A stretch of DNA of 64,000 nt from Candidatus Yanofskybacteria bacterium (GCA_020852375.1 JADZAY010000019.1:15319-79318); one strand, 5' to 3'; positions 36,723 to 46,930 are shown, numbered from the stretch's first letter. Notes: generated from the sequence alone by a model not told the origin. Numbers and translations are program-made.

Positions 36723-37026
36723 GTGCTCCGGCATTCGTGACGGTCCTCAGGGGACATGCCGGGCACGGGAGCGCGGAGACACCCCCACATCGCCGTCATG
36801 CCTTCCGGAGGCTTCCGAGCGGAAGGAATCACTGGCATCCGTCGGCATCGCCCGGATGCCACACACCTCGCGAGTGCCGACGGAGGGCATGGCGGAGAGG
36901 CGGGGGGGGATGTGCTGAGTAGGAAGGATCCTCTGCCTACCGGCAAGCAGGACGGATGGGAGCGATCCCTTCTCAACTTCAGCCGTCCTGTGCTAGGATG
37001 GCCTGCGGACCTAATGTATTTATCAT

Positions 37027-37380
37027 ATGAGCAAAAGCGTTCAGGAGATATTCGGTCGGTTGCAGGAGAAGCGCCAGCAGGCGCGCATCATTTCAAGCAA
37101 GTATAAAGCGGAGCTTGCCGCGTCGCACGACTATCAGCAGATCAAAGAACAGATGGAGAAGCTTCGTGAGCGGAAGAAGAAGCACGAAGCATCGGTGCGC
37201 GAGCAGGCCGGAGCGAATTTTTCTCGCATGGAGGAGCTGAAGTTCGCCATCAAGCAGGATGCGCAGCTGCTTTCGGACGTCGCGCTTACCGCGATCATGA
37301 AAGGCGAATCCGTTCAGATCAAGGACGAGCACGTCGAATACGAACCCGTTTTCACAGTTCGCTTCCGTAAGACGAAATAG
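37027..37380 (+). CDS. Hypothetical coiled-coil protein of 117 aa, rich in Lys and Glu
   Basis: Its stop lies 3 nt before the start of the Cas4-like gene. Confidence 0.5.
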   Translation: MSKSVQEIFGRLQEKRQQARIISSKYKAELAASHDYQQIKEQMEKLRERKKKHEASVREQAGANFSRMEELKFAIKQDAQLLSDVALTAIMKGESVQIKDEHVEYEPVFTVRFRKTK

Positions 37381-37383
37381 TAT

Positions 37384-38124
37384 ATGGGATTCAAGCGCAG
37401 CAACTATGACCCGGCGGCGGAGCGACCGTTCCGGGTGAGTCGCTCGAAGATCGACCTCTACGTGCAGTGTCCGCGGTGTTTTTATCTGGATCGGCGGTGC
37501 GGTGTCTCTCGGCCGTCGATGCCCGCGTTCACACTCAACAATGCTGTCGACGCGCTCCTGAAGCGCGAGTTCGATATCCATCGCGCTGCCGGTACTCCGC
37601 ATCCGCTGATGAAGGCCTACGGGATCGACGCGGTGCCACTCGCTCACGAACGGATGGATGAGTGGCGCGATTCATTGCGTCGGGGAGTGCAATACATCGA
37701 CCCCGCAACGAACTTCCAGGTGACGGGCGGCGTCGATGATATTTGGGTGAACCCCGCAGGGGAACTGATCGTCGTGGACTACAAGGCGACATCATCGCCA
37801 CATGAGGTGACGCTGGATGGCGTCTGGAAGGAAGCCTACAAACGGCAGATGGAGGTATATCAGTGGCTTCTTCGGCGGAACGAATTTACCGTCTCGTCGA
37901 CGGGCTACTTTGTGTACTGCAACGGGGATGCCGATCGCGAAGCATTTGATGCGCGTTTGGAGTTTGATGTTCGCATCCTTCCGTATACCGGAGACGACGC
38001 ATGGGTTCCGGGTGTGCTCCGGGAGATGAAGGTGTGTCTTGATGCCGATACGCCGCCGCTTGCTGCCGATGGATGCGAGCACTGCGCGTATCGAGCCGCT
38101 GTCCGTCAGGCGATTGGCGAGTGA
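37384..38124 (+). CDS. Cas4-like / RecB-family PD-(D/E)xK nuclease with a 4Fe-4S-type cysteine cluster
   Basis: The nuclease motifs are VVDYKAT (D-x-K) and QMEVYQW (QxxxY). Cysteines are arranged as in Cas4: CPRC near the N-terminus and C-x13-C-x2-C at the C-terminus. There are no CRISPR repeats in the window. Confidence 0.65.
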   Translation: MGFKRSNYDPAAERPFRVSRSKIDLYVQCPRCFYLDRRCGVSRPSMPAFTLNNAVDALLKREFDIHRAAGTPHPLMKAYGIDAVPLAHERMDEWRDSLRRGVQYIDPATNFQVTGGVDDIWVNPAGELIVVDYKATSSPHEVTLDGVWKEAYKRQMEVYQWLLRRNEFTVSSTGYFVYCNGDADREAFDARLEFDVRILPYTGDDAWVPGVLREMKVCLDADTPPLAADGCEHCAYRAAVRQAIGE

Positions 38125-39095
38125 TCAGGCGCCTGTTTTGCCGTAATGCACGCTCGGAGTACCGCTTCGAGCCGTGCCATCGATTCGATGTCGTGAATAC
38201 TGAGCGGGAGCGCATCGACGCCAGCCTCGCGAAAGCGTTCGCAGAGCCGCTCTACCGTTGCGGGGTCGACGAGGTCCGTTTTCGTGAGCAGGACCCGCTC
38301 GTCTTTTTGGAGCATGACCGGACTGTACGCGCCGAGCTCCCCGCGAATGACCGACCAGTCGCGCACGGGATCGTCGGACTCACAGGAAACAAGATGGAAC
38401 AAGGTTCGGGTCCGTTCAACGTGGCGAAGGAATTTGATACCCAGCCCTTTTCCGGATGCCGCGCCCTCGATGAGTCCAGGGATGTCGGCAATGATGAGCT
38501 CGTAGTATACTCCGAGCGACGGTTCGAGAGTCGTGAACGGATAATTTGCCACCTTTTGCTGAGCGCGTGTGAGCTCGTTGAGGAGACTCGATTTTCCGGC
38601 GTTCGGCATGCCAATGAGGCCGATGTCGGCGATGAGCTTGAGCTCGAGGCGAATACTGAACGATTGGCCGGGCGTTCCGGGCTCGAAGCGTTTGGGCGAT
38701 GTATTGAGGGACGAGCGGAAATGGAAGTTGCCGCGGCCGCCTTTGCCGCCGCGCGCCAGCAGGATGCACTCTCCGATCGCGGTGATCTCAACATCTTCAC
38801 CAGTGTCGAGGTTGTGCACGACGGTGCCGACTGGTACCGGGAAGACGAGATCGGCGCCATCCTTCCCATCGCGGAACTGCATACCGCCCTGCTCGCCCGG
38901 TTCCGCGGTTGCCGCTTTGGTGTTCCTCCAACGTGAAAGCGCGCCGATGTCGGCGACTCCCTCGCAATACACGCTGCCGCCGTGGCCTCCGGATGCGCCA
39001 GTCGGCCCCAGTTCCATGAGGTTTTTATTGAAGGCTACGGCCCCGTCTCCACCATTTCCGGCCGCAACTGTGATCGTTACATCGTCGATGAGCAT
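38106..39095 (-). CDS. obg: GTPase Obg/CgtA
   Basis: The glycine-rich Obg fold is visible in AGNGGDGAVAF...GGHGGSV. The G1 motif is GMPNAGKSSLL, and there are G3 and G4 motifs. Confidence 0.85.
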   Translation of the reverse strand: MLIDDVTITVAAGNGGDGAVAFNKNLMELGPTGASGGHGGSVYCEGVADIGALSRWRNTKAATAEPGEQGGMQFRDGKDGADLVFPVPVGTVVHNLDTGEDVEITAIGECILLARGGKGGRGNFHFRSSLNTSPKRFEPGTPGQSFSIRLELKLIADIGLIGMPNAGKSSLLNELTRAQQKVANYPFTTLEPSLGVYYELIIADIPGLIEGAASGKGLGIKFLRHVERTRTLFHLVSCESDDPVRDWSVIRGELGAYSPVMLQKDERVLLTKTDLVDPATVERLCERFREAGVDALPLSIHDIESMARLEAVLRACITAKQAPDHSPIA

Positions 39096-39172
39096 TGCGC
39101 ATGTACCATACCACAGCTGTCGACTTCGGCGAAGTGGTGGTAGAATGAGGGTGTATTCATTGAACTACACGT

Positions 39173-40321
39173 ATGAAGCGATCACTCGGTTTGCTCGCGG
39201 TCGCTGTGCTTGCGGCGTTTCCGCTGAGCACATCGGCTGCAACGCTGGTTTCGGGCCAGCAGTACGCGCTTCCTGCACAGCAGCGCGTATCGGGTAGTTT
39301 GTATATCGCCGCAGGGACTGCAACGGTCGGCGGTACGGTCGATGGCGACGTGCTCTCGGTCGGCGGTACGGTGTCCGTGACCGGTGCGGTCCTCGGCGAT
39401 GTTGCTGCGATCGGGGGCAACGTACAGATTCTCGGTCCGGTGTCGGGTGATGCTCGAATCGCCGGCGGATCGATCGTACTGAATGACCGTATTGCCGGAG
39501 ATCTTGTTGTTGCCGGTGGAAGTATCCACCTCCTTCCCAGTGCGCGCGTGGGCGGCGATCTGGTCATTGCCGGAGGCCAGGTGGTGATCGACGGTGCGGT
39601 TGATGGGAATGTCCGCATGATCGGCGGTGTTCTTGTGGTGAACGGGACGATCAATGGAGATGTCTCCGTCCGTGCGGACGAGAGCGTAACGCTCGGATCG
39701 TCAGCAGTGATCGGTGGGGATCTGACTTACCGTTCCCGGCAAGAGCTTCAACGCGCAGATGGTGCGCGTATCTCGGGATCCGTCGCGTATACGCCAGCTC
39801 CGAAGGGTGTTCGGTTCGACGACCGAACCCCGAAGCGTATCGGTTGGGCGATCGTGGGAGTGCTCTCGGCGATGAAACTGTTCGCGACGCTTGGTCTCGC
39901 CGCATTCCTGATGTGGAGATGGCGGCGCCAGATGCTCGCATTGTTTGCACAGACGCACGAGGCGTTCACTCGCTCGCTTGGGCGTGGGATCATTTATGGC
40001 GTCATGGTACCGATCGTTGCCGTGCTGTTGCTCGTCAGCTTTATCGGCGTGTTGCCGGGCGTGCTCCTCATCATGGCATACGCGAGCATGCTGATCCTGG
40101 CGAAGGCGCTTGCCGGAATGTTCTTTGGATCGTGGATCGTCATGCACTTCCAGAAGAAGACCACGCTCCAGCTGACATGGGTGTCGGCACTCGGCGGCGT
40201 TATTCTGTTCGGGCTCGTGGGAGTCATTCCGGTCATCGGGTGGCTTGTCGGTGCAGTGCTCTATCTGGCGGTGCTCGGGATGCTTGCCCACGAGGTTTTC
40301 CAGTGGGCGACGGGAAACTAG
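39173..40321 (+). CDS. Exported beta-helix repeat protein (bactofilin/DUF4097-like G-D-V..G repeats) with a 4-TM C-terminal domain
   Basis: A signal peptide is followed by reiterated hexapeptide-like repeats (VGGTVDGDVLSVGGTVSVTGAVLGDV...) and then hydrophobic helices. Confidence 0.5.
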   Translation: MKRSLGLLAVAVLAAFPLSTSAATLVSGQQYALPAQQRVSGSLYIAAGTATVGGTVDGDVLSVGGTVSVTGAVLGDVAAIGGNVQILGPVSGDARIAGGSIVLNDRIAGDLVVAGGSIHLLPSARVGGDLVIAGGQVVIDGAVDGNVRMIGGVLVVNGTINGDVSVRADESVTLGSSAVIGGDLTYRSRQELQRADGARISGSVAYTPAPKGVRFDDRTPKRIGWAIVGVLSAMKLFATLGLAAFLMWRWRRQMLALFAQTHEAFTRSLGRGIIYGVMVPIVAVLLLVSFIGVLPGVLLIMAYASMLILAKALAGMFFGSWIVMHFQKKTTLQLTWVSALGGVILFGLVGVIPVIGWLVGAVLYLAVLGMLAHEVFQWATGN

Positions 40322-40371
40322 TTGCGTGTTCCAGTATGATAAACCCCGCATTCGCGGGGTTTATCATACTC

Positions 40372-42531
40372 CTACGGGCGCACCTCTTTATAGGATGGTA
40401 TGCCTTTGTTTACCTGGAATCCCTGTGAAGCGGCGCATGAATCGCCAGGGTTCATACCGCTTGTGGACACGCGAAGCGTCGCGGTGATCCCCGCAGGATC
40501 CGCATAGAGGTGGGCGATGATCCCGGTTCCCGGACTTTCCGAAGTGATCGTCCCATCGCCGAAATTCCACTCACGGGTGGTCGGAGTGAAGGCGCCGTAA
40601 TCGGTCGTGTCGGTGAACAGCGCGTCTTGGTCTGCGAATGGCGGTGTCGGATCTACTGTGAAGGTGATGGACGGGTATGGCCCTGGAGGGGTTGTGGCGG
40701 TCGCTGAGGATCCTGACCATGCACTGGGTGTGTCGGTGGCATCCCACACCATGACGCGCGCTCGGAACGTTGCGTTGTAGCTTAGTGGGTCGGTGGGGTG
40801 CGTCGTTCCGGTTGATGATATCTTCAGCGAATCATAGATCGGCGTGGCGAAGTTGAACGCGGGACCTGCTGCGATCTGCACGCGGTAGGCACTCTGTGCG
40901 CCAGCTCCTGGTGTGTATGTCCACGATACAGCCTGGCGTGGTGCTGTCCCTCCGCAGTAGTTCGGGGCGGTCATTTGTACCCCGGCCGCGACTGGCGGGG
41001 GGACCCCCGCGACCGTCACGGTCGACCGAGCTTCGGCGGACGGTGCGGTGCTTCGCTCGACGATGACTTTGGGCGTATAGGTCCCCGCGGCATAGGCATG
41101 CTGTGTGGTTGAGCGGGGAACCGTATTCACAGCATCGCACTTGTACCCGTTCGCATTTCCAGCGCAGGCTCCCGGGGTTGGCGCTGGGAGAGCTCCGCAG
41201 GCTGCTGATGCTACAGCAATGCTTGTGGTTGTGTTGGCGCAGTTCCACCAGAAGCTGTAGTTGATGGTTCCGGTGGCGGTTCCGCCGGGCGTTGCCTGCA
41301 GGGTTGAGTTCACCGGTGCGGTGCCCGTGTTTGGTGTTGCGGTGAGGGATACGGAGAGCGTCGGAGCGGGGGCGACCGTGATGGTCGCGGATCCGCATGC
41401 AGATCCGAACCATCCAACATTTTGCTCGAGCAATCGATATTGACCCGCGTATGAACCGGGAGCCGCGGGAGCGGTGATCGAAAGCGGTATGGTCATTGAT
41501 TGGCCGGGTGCCACGGATGCCATTGATAGGTCGCTTGTTTGTGGGAGGAGTGACGGCGCTGTAGGGGGCCACGGCCACAAGGAGACGTCGTAGTTTGCTG
41601 GCGTTAGCTGGGTCCAGGTGCTGGTGCCGGTGTTCTGGAATGTGACCGATGCCGGGACGGTTTGCCCTACGGTCATGGTCGTCGGGATCGTATGCCCGGT
41701 GCATAGCGCATCGTTCGTTCCGGTTGGTGGCGGGCTGTTTGGTATGGGGGCGCAGTCGAGTGAAAGATAGATCGGCTCGGTCCATCGTGTCCACGGTCGG
41801 AAATCGGTGCTTCCTACACAGTCATAGCCCGGGTTCGGGTTTGGGCCGCCCCAACCGGAGTGTATCGAATATTCGCCGGCACCGGCACAGACGCCGTTCT
41901 GGCAGAGGGCATTCATCTGGGTAGGGGTCGCGTCTCCTGTGCCCTGTCTCCCATTGCAGGTATATGGTCCGGGAGGGCAATAGAGTCCCCACTTGAGCGA
42001 TTGTACGGGGGATGTCTCGATGGTGATATCGGAATACGAGATATTATTGCACTGGCCAGCATTTCCTTCGGTGGTATCGTCGGGGGAGCTGCATCCACAG
42101 TCATTAGGGTAGTCGGTGTACCCATCATTGTCGTCGTCCTGTCCGTTCGAGCAAACTGCATTGCCCGGTGGAGGTGTGCCGTTAATTCGAAAGGTGATAC
42201 GATTGCTGCCCGTTGGTCGGATGCATGAACGAAGCTCGTCCTCTCCGTACAGCGAGAGATCGAACACTGTTCCGGGCCCGCCCGTGTAGGTCGTGTATAC
42301 CGTTCGGGAGACAGTGCCGTCTCCACCAGCGATTTCGCCGTCACCATTTCCGAAGTCAACTTCGCCATATACCGCTCCGGAGCCTATGACCTGCCACACG
42401 ATCTTCGCTTGTGTTCCGGAGGGTCCGGAGGTTGGGGTCACACTTAAGGAGCATGCGATGGCGTGTGCGGCGCGGGCGCCGACGAATTGCGCGGCGAGTA
42501 CGATGAAGGTGATGAGGAGGAAGCGTTTCAT
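40372..42531 (-). CDS. Secreted PKD-domain protein of 719 aa
   Basis: A signal peptide is present. The Cys-rich N-terminal part contains a DDDNDGYTDYPND motif. Ig-like repeats carry the PKD hallmark REWNFGDGT. Confidence 0.7.
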   Translation of the reverse strand: MKRFLLITFIVLAAQFVGARAAHAIACSLSVTPTSGPSGTQAKIVWQVIGSGAVYGEVDFGNGDGEIAGGDGTVSRTVYTTYTGGPGTVFDLSLYGEDELRSCIRPTGSNRITFRINGTPPPGNAVCSNGQDDDNDGYTDYPNDCGCSSPDDTTEGNAGQCNNISYSDITIETSPVQSLKWGLYCPPGPYTCNGRQGTGDATPTQMNALCQNGVCAGAGEYSIHSGWGGPNPNPGYDCVGSTDFRPWTRWTEPIYLSLDCAPIPNSPPPTGTNDALCTGHTIPTTMTVGQTVPASVTFQNTGTSTWTQLTPANYDVSLWPWPPTAPSLLPQTSDLSMASVAPGQSMTIPLSITAPAAPGSYAGQYRLLEQNVGWFGSACGSATITVAPAPTLSVSLTATPNTGTAPVNSTLQATPGGTATGTINYSFWWNCANTTTSIAVASAACGALPAPTPGACAGNANGYKCDAVNTVPRSTTQHAYAAGTYTPKVIVERSTAPSAEARSTVTVAGVPPPVAAGVQMTAPNYCGGTAPRQAVSWTYTPGAGAQSAYRVQIAAGPAFNFATPIYDSLKISSTGTTHPTDPLSYNATFRARVMVWDATDTPSAWSGSSATATTPPGPYPSITFTVDPTPPFADQDALFTDTTDYGAFTPTTREWNFGDGTITSESPGTGIIAHLYADPAGITATLRVSTSGMNPGDSCAASQGFQVNKGIPSYKEVRP

Positions 42532-42537
42532 AGGGTG

Positions 42538-43002
42538 CTATTCCTTACTGCTTCGGGTGATCGCAAGGATACTCTCGCCGTTCGAGCGGGGAGCAATGTC
42601 GACCGTCATACGAAAAGTGTCTTTCTGTACGGTCAGCCGGAGGGGATTCTTGGTGACGGTATATTCCCACCCGATCACATCGAAATATTCCCCGTATTCT
42701 CGCTGAATGTCAGAAGGGGAGTTTTCGACGGTGAATACAACACGCTCGACATTCGGCGCATGGGGCGCCGCTGTTTCCAGGACGATCGGATGAACACCGA
42801 AGATAAAGCCCTTCATGCGCGGGCTGGAAATGCGCGCGAGCGATTCAGTTGAGAGCTTCGGGAGATCCTTGGAGATCGAACCGTCCGCTTCAATGGTGTA
42901 CCGGGGAAACCCGGATCCGCGATACGAGCGCCACACAAGAGCCGCAGCGCCGATCAGCACAAGAACAAGCACACCAATGCCGACGCGATGCCATGGCTTC
43001 AT
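42538..43002 (-). CDS. Hypothetical membrane-anchored protein of 154 aa
   Basis: An N-terminal TM helix is present. It lies immediately downstream of the PKD gene on the same strand. Confidence 0.5.
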   Translation of the reverse strand: MKPWHRVGIGVLVLVLIGAAALVWRSYRGSGFPRYTIEADGSISKDLPKLSTESLARISSPRMKGFIFGVHPIVLETAAPHAPNVERVVFTVENSPSDIQREYGEYFDVIGWEYTVTKNPLRLTVQKDTFRMTVDIAPRSNGESILAITRSSKE

Positions 43003-43245
43003 ACTTCACAGTATATCGCACATGCTGCAGTGCTTGTAGCGTTGCTGTGGGGAAATGGTCTTGCTATACTAGGGTAAATGGCTACTGTATCAAACACGCG
43101 ACGCGATGTGCGTCCGGCTCGGCGTCCTCCGACACCGAAGCGGAAGCCGGCTCGGCTCGGCTCCAAAGTCTCGGTGTTCCGTGGTCATAATGTGCGAAAG
43201 CCGCGTTCGCGGTAAGCACCGTATTATCTTTTCACTCCATTCTCT

Positions 43246-43797
43246 ATGTTGCATGGAATTGTAGGGAAGTGCTATCGGTGGTGTCACAATAAATCACTCG
43301 GATTGCTTGTATTGCGGCTTGCGCTTGGCGCGTTCTTCATCGGTCATGCTGTCGCGAAGTTCCAGAATCTGCCGGCGACGGTCGAAATGTTCCAAGGATG
43401 GGGGTTCGGCGCCTTCTGGGCGTACCTTGCAACAGGAAGCGAGCTGCTCGCTGGGCTTCTTCTCGTGCTCGGGGCGTTTTTGTGGATCGCCGCGGCGCTG
43501 GTCGTTGTCGTGATGGCGGTCGCCGTCTATGCGGTAACCGGACCGAACCCGATGGGACAGCCGCCGTTGTTGCACTATATCTTCGGATGGGGCCAGAACG
43601 CCGTATTCGCCGCAGCTGCTCTGGCGCTCGCGTTTACAGGTGCAGGCCGCTGGTCACTTGCCGCGTGGTGGATGCGTCGTCGCTCCGGAAGTGTGGAGTG
43701 TCGGGAGTGTAAGTCGGATCACGGCATGGGGTGCAACTGTGGTTCGTGCTCCGAGCATCACGGCATGAGCTCGAGGTCGGAGATGAGTGCTCAGTAG
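43246..43797 (+). CDS. DoxX family membrane protein with a Cys/His-rich C-terminal tail
   Basis: The segment LLVLRLALGAFFIGHAVAKF is typical of DoxX. The tail CRECKSDHGMGCNCGSCSEHHG resembles a metal-binding site. Confidence 0.6.
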   Translation: MLHGIVGKCYRWCHNKSLGLLVLRLALGAFFIGHAVAKFQNLPATVEMFQGWGFGAFWAYLATGSELLAGLLLVLGAFLWIAAALVVVVMAVAVYAVTGPNPMGQPPLLHYIFGWGQNAVFAAAALALAFTGAGRWSLAAWWMRRRSGSVECRECKSDHGMGCNCGSCSEHHGMSSRSEMSAQ

Positions 43798-43854
43798 CAG
43801 GGATCTCAGCGCAAGATCGACGGCCGATCCAGGAGGGGTCGGCCGTCCTCGGAT

Positions 43855-44484
43855 ATGATTGTTGTTGATGTTGAGACAACCGGAACAGACCCACTGCTGC
43901 ACGCCATCGTCTCTATCGGAGCCGTTGATTTCTGTCAGCCCGGGCGGCAATTCTATCGAGAGTGTCGCATCTTTGATGGGGCACAGGTGCAGGCCCAGGC
44001 ACTTGCGGTGAACGGGTTCACCGTTGAGCAGGTGACCGACTCCGCAAAACCAACACTGGAGGAGGCGATTGGGCAGTTCATTGCGTGGTGCCGGGAGGCG
44101 GAGAATCGTACGCTGGGAGGACACAATACCGCATTCGATCGTGGCTTCCTGCAGGCGAGCGCGGACCGCTATAACCTCGCGTGGCATTTTGGGAATCGAG
44201 TGCTCGACCTGCATTCGGTCGGGTGGACGCACATGATGACAGCGGGTATTGAGATTCCAAAAAAAGCGGGGCGGAGCGATCTTTCATGTGACGCGATCCT
44301 GCAGTATACCGGGCTTCCCGCTGAGCCGAAGCCGCACAACGGTCTTGTGGGGGCGAAAATGGAAGCGGAGGCATTCTCGCGCCTTGTGCGTGGGCGTCCC
44401 CTTTTCGAGGAGTTCGCGACCTATCCGATCCCGTTCCATCCGCATGCCTCGGGAGCCGAGCCCGCTCAGGGGGGATTATTCTAA
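43855..44484 (+). CDS. 3'-5' exonuclease of the DEDDh / DnaQ-like family
   Basis: The Exo I motif is MIVVDVETTG. Exo II (HNTAFD) and Exo III (a YxxxD-like motif) are also present. Confidence 0.7.
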   Translation: MIVVDVETTGTDPLLHAIVSIGAVDFCQPGRQFYRECRIFDGAQVQAQALAVNGFTVEQVTDSAKPTLEEAIGQFIAWCREAENRTLGGHNTAFDRGFLQASADRYNLAWHFGNRVLDLHSVGWTHMMTAGIEIPKKAGRSDLSCDAILQYTGLPAEPKPHNGLVGAKMEAEAFSRLVRGRPLFEEFATYPIPFHPHASGAEPAQGGLF

Positions 44485-44493
44485 GATATCGCC

Positions 44494-45261
44494 ATGGACT
44501 TTTTTCACGCACTTATTCTCGGTATCGTCGAAGGGATCACGGAGTTTCTTCCGATCTCGTCTACGGGACATCTGGTCATCGCCGGCCGGCTCCTCGGCCT
44601 GCAGAGCGGGGATTTTTTGAGGACATTCGATATCGCTATTCAGCTCGGTGCCATTCTTGCGGTACTTACCTTGTATGGCATGCCGCTCCTGCGAAGCCGC
44701 GGACTTCTCATGCGAGTGATCGTTGCGTTCATTCCGACGGGGATCGTTGGGCTCCTCTTTTACCCGCTCGTGAAGCGGCTCGTTGCCGATCCAATGGTCA
44801 GTGTGTGGGCGCTCGGTATCGGAGGCGCCCTTCTGATCGCGTTCGAGCGCTGGTATGACGAGCCTGCTGATGCGCAGGAGGACCTCTCCACGCTTTCGTA
44901 TCGGTCGGCACTCCTGATCGGATTGGCGCAGTCCGTCGCCATGATTCCCGGCGTCTCTCGTGCGGCGGCGACCATTTGCGCGGGTCTTGCCGCCGGTCTT
45001 TCCCGCCGTGCGATCATCGAATTTTCATTCTTACTTGCACTTCCGACGATGGCTGCCGCGACCGGTCTTGAGGTGGTCTCCTCTGCGAGCACCTTCACAA
45101 GGGATCAATTTGGCGCTCTTACGATTGGCTTCCTCGTTTCATGGTTCGTAGCGGTGCTTGCGATCCGCTGGTTGCTCACATTCGTTCGATCGCATGATTT
45201 CACCTGGTTTGGGGTGTATCGGATCATTGCCGCAGTGGTGTTCTGGCGCTTGCTCTCGTAG
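44494..45261 (+). CDS. uppP: Undecaprenyl-diphosphatase UppP (BacA)
   Basis: The N-terminus carries GIVEGITEFLPISSTGH. There are 8 TM helices. Confidence 0.85.
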   Translation: MDFFHALILGIVEGITEFLPISSTGHLVIAGRLLGLQSGDFLRTFDIAIQLGAILAVLTLYGMPLLRSRGLLMRVIVAFIPTGIVGLLFYPLVKRLVADPMVSVWALGIGGALLIAFERWYDEPADAQEDLSTLSYRSALLIGLAQSVAMIPGVSRAAATICAGLAAGLSRRAIIEFSFLLALPTMAAATGLEVVSSASTFTRDQFGALTIGFLVSWFVAVLAIRWLLTFVRSHDFTWFGVYRIIAAVVFWRLLS

Positions 45262-45280
45262 GGCGTGATACAATGCAGAC

Positions 45281-46930
45281 ATGGGTCTTGCCGATGATCT
45301 CCGGAGCATTCGGTGCGGTGATGTTGATGATGCCGATGCTACGCGTGATGCGGTCCAGTATGACGCGAGCATCTTTGCGGCGCGTCCCGAGGTTGTCGTC
45401 GCTCCGACGAGCAGCGACGAGATCGGTGCTCTTGTGCGGTATGCCGCCGCGCATAGCGGGGTATCGATCGTTGCCCGAGGTGCTGGGACCGATATGTCGG
45501 GCGGCGCGATCGGCGAGTCGGTCATTCTTGATATGACGCGTCACCTGAACCGGCTTCTCGATGTAAATCGCGACGAGGCGGTTCGGGGTCAGCAGGGAAG
45601 CGCGACGGTTCAGCCGGGAATGTACTATCGGGATTTCGAGCGGGCGACGCTTGCCCGCGGCCTTCAGTATCCGGTCTATCCCGCCTCTCGCGATCTTTGC
45701 ACGGTCGGCGGGATGGTCGCGAACAACTCTGCCGGTGAGCGTTCGCTTCGGTATGGGCAAGCCGTCGACTGGGTTCGAAGCTGCCGTGCGATCCTTGCTG
45801 ACGGGAACGAGTACCTCTTTGAGCCGCTCGATTTCGGCGGCGTGCAGCTGAAAATGAGCCGTATCGGATTCGAAGGCGATCTCTACCGAGCGCTCTGGAA
45901 GCTGGTGACCGAACAGCGAGAGTTCCTCGAACGGTATCAGCCGAAGGTGAGTAAGAACGCGTCGGGATATAACCTCTGGCGCGTGTGGGATGGGACGACC
46001 TTCGATCTCACCAAGCTCATGGTCGGATCACAGGGAACGCTTGGCGTTGTAACGCGGGTGACGCTCGGCCTGATTCGTCCTCCGCTGCATCGGCGCATGG
46101 TCGTGGTATTCCTGCGCGATCTTCCGTATGTGGCGAGCGTCGTGGATGACCTCCTGCAATTTCAGCCGGAGTCGTTGGAGTCGTTCGATGACAAGACACT
46201 CTCGTTCACGGTTCGTTTTTTGCCAGACTTCGTGCGCCTCATGGGAGCCTCGAACATCATTGCCCTTGGCTTACAGTTCCTCCCGGAGGCGTGGATGACG
46301 GTGACGGGCGGCCTTCCGAAGTTAGTACTGATGGCCGAGTTTTCCGGCGACGACGAGCAGGAAGTGACAAAGCGGGCGGAGGCTGCGCTCGGCGCGTTGA
46401 AGCGGCGGCATCTGAAGGCGCGGCTTACCGAAGGACCCGAAGAGAGTCACAAATATTGGACTATTCGGCGGCAGTCGTTCAACGTTCTCCGGCATCATAC
46501 GACCGGAAAGCGGACCGTGCCGTTCATTGACGACATCATCGTTCCCGTTGAGCGTATGTCGGAGTTCCTCCCGAAGCTCTACACGCTCTTAGAGCCCTAT
46601 CGGCTCACCCTAACGGTTGCCGGACATGCGGGGAACGGGAACTTCCACATTATTCCGCTCATGGATCTTGCCGATCCAAATACGAAAAAGACCATTGTCG
46701 AGTTGTCGGAGAAGGTGTACGACCTTGTGCTGGATCACGGCGGCTCGATCACCGCGGAGCACAATGACGGGCTTATCCGCGGTCCGTGGGTTCGGAAGCA
46801 GTTCGGACCCAAGATGTATGACCTTTTCCGTCAGGTGAAACAGCTCTTTGATCCGAAGGGGATCTTCAATCCCGGGAAAAAGATCGATGTCGACCGTGAG
46901 TGGGCGCTTGCACACATTCGCACCAACTAG
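45281..46930 (+). CDS. FAD-linked oxidase (FAD_binding_4 plus FAD-oxidase_C; GlcD / D-lactate dehydrogenase-like)
   Basis: The segment VVAPTSSDEIGALVRYAAAHSGVSIVARGAGTDMSGGA is a PCMH-type FAD-binding site. Confidence 0.8.
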   Translation: MGLADDLRSIRCGDVDDADATRDAVQYDASIFAARPEVVVAPTSSDEIGALVRYAAAHSGVSIVARGAGTDMSGGAIGESVILDMTRHLNRLLDVNRDEAVRGQQGSATVQPGMYYRDFERATLARGLQYPVYPASRDLCTVGGMVANNSAGERSLRYGQAVDWVRSCRAILADGNEYLFEPLDFGGVQLKMSRIGFEGDLYRALWKLVTEQREFLERYQPKVSKNASGYNLWRVWDGTTFDLTKLMVGSQGTLGVVTRVTLGLIRPPLHRRMVVVFLRDLPYVASVVDDLLQFQPESLESFDDKTLSFTVRFLPDFVRLMGASNIIALGLQFLPEAWMTVTGGLPKLVLMAEFSGDDEQEVTKRAEAALGALKRRHLKARLTEGPEESHKYWTIRRQSFNVLRHHTTGKRTVPFIDDIIVPVERMSEFLPKLYTLLEPYRLTLTVAGHAGNGNFHIIPLMDLADPNTKKTIVELSEKVYDLVLDHGGSITAEHNDGLIRGPWVRKQFGPKMYDLFRQVKQLFDPKGIFNPGKKIDVDREWALAHIRTN

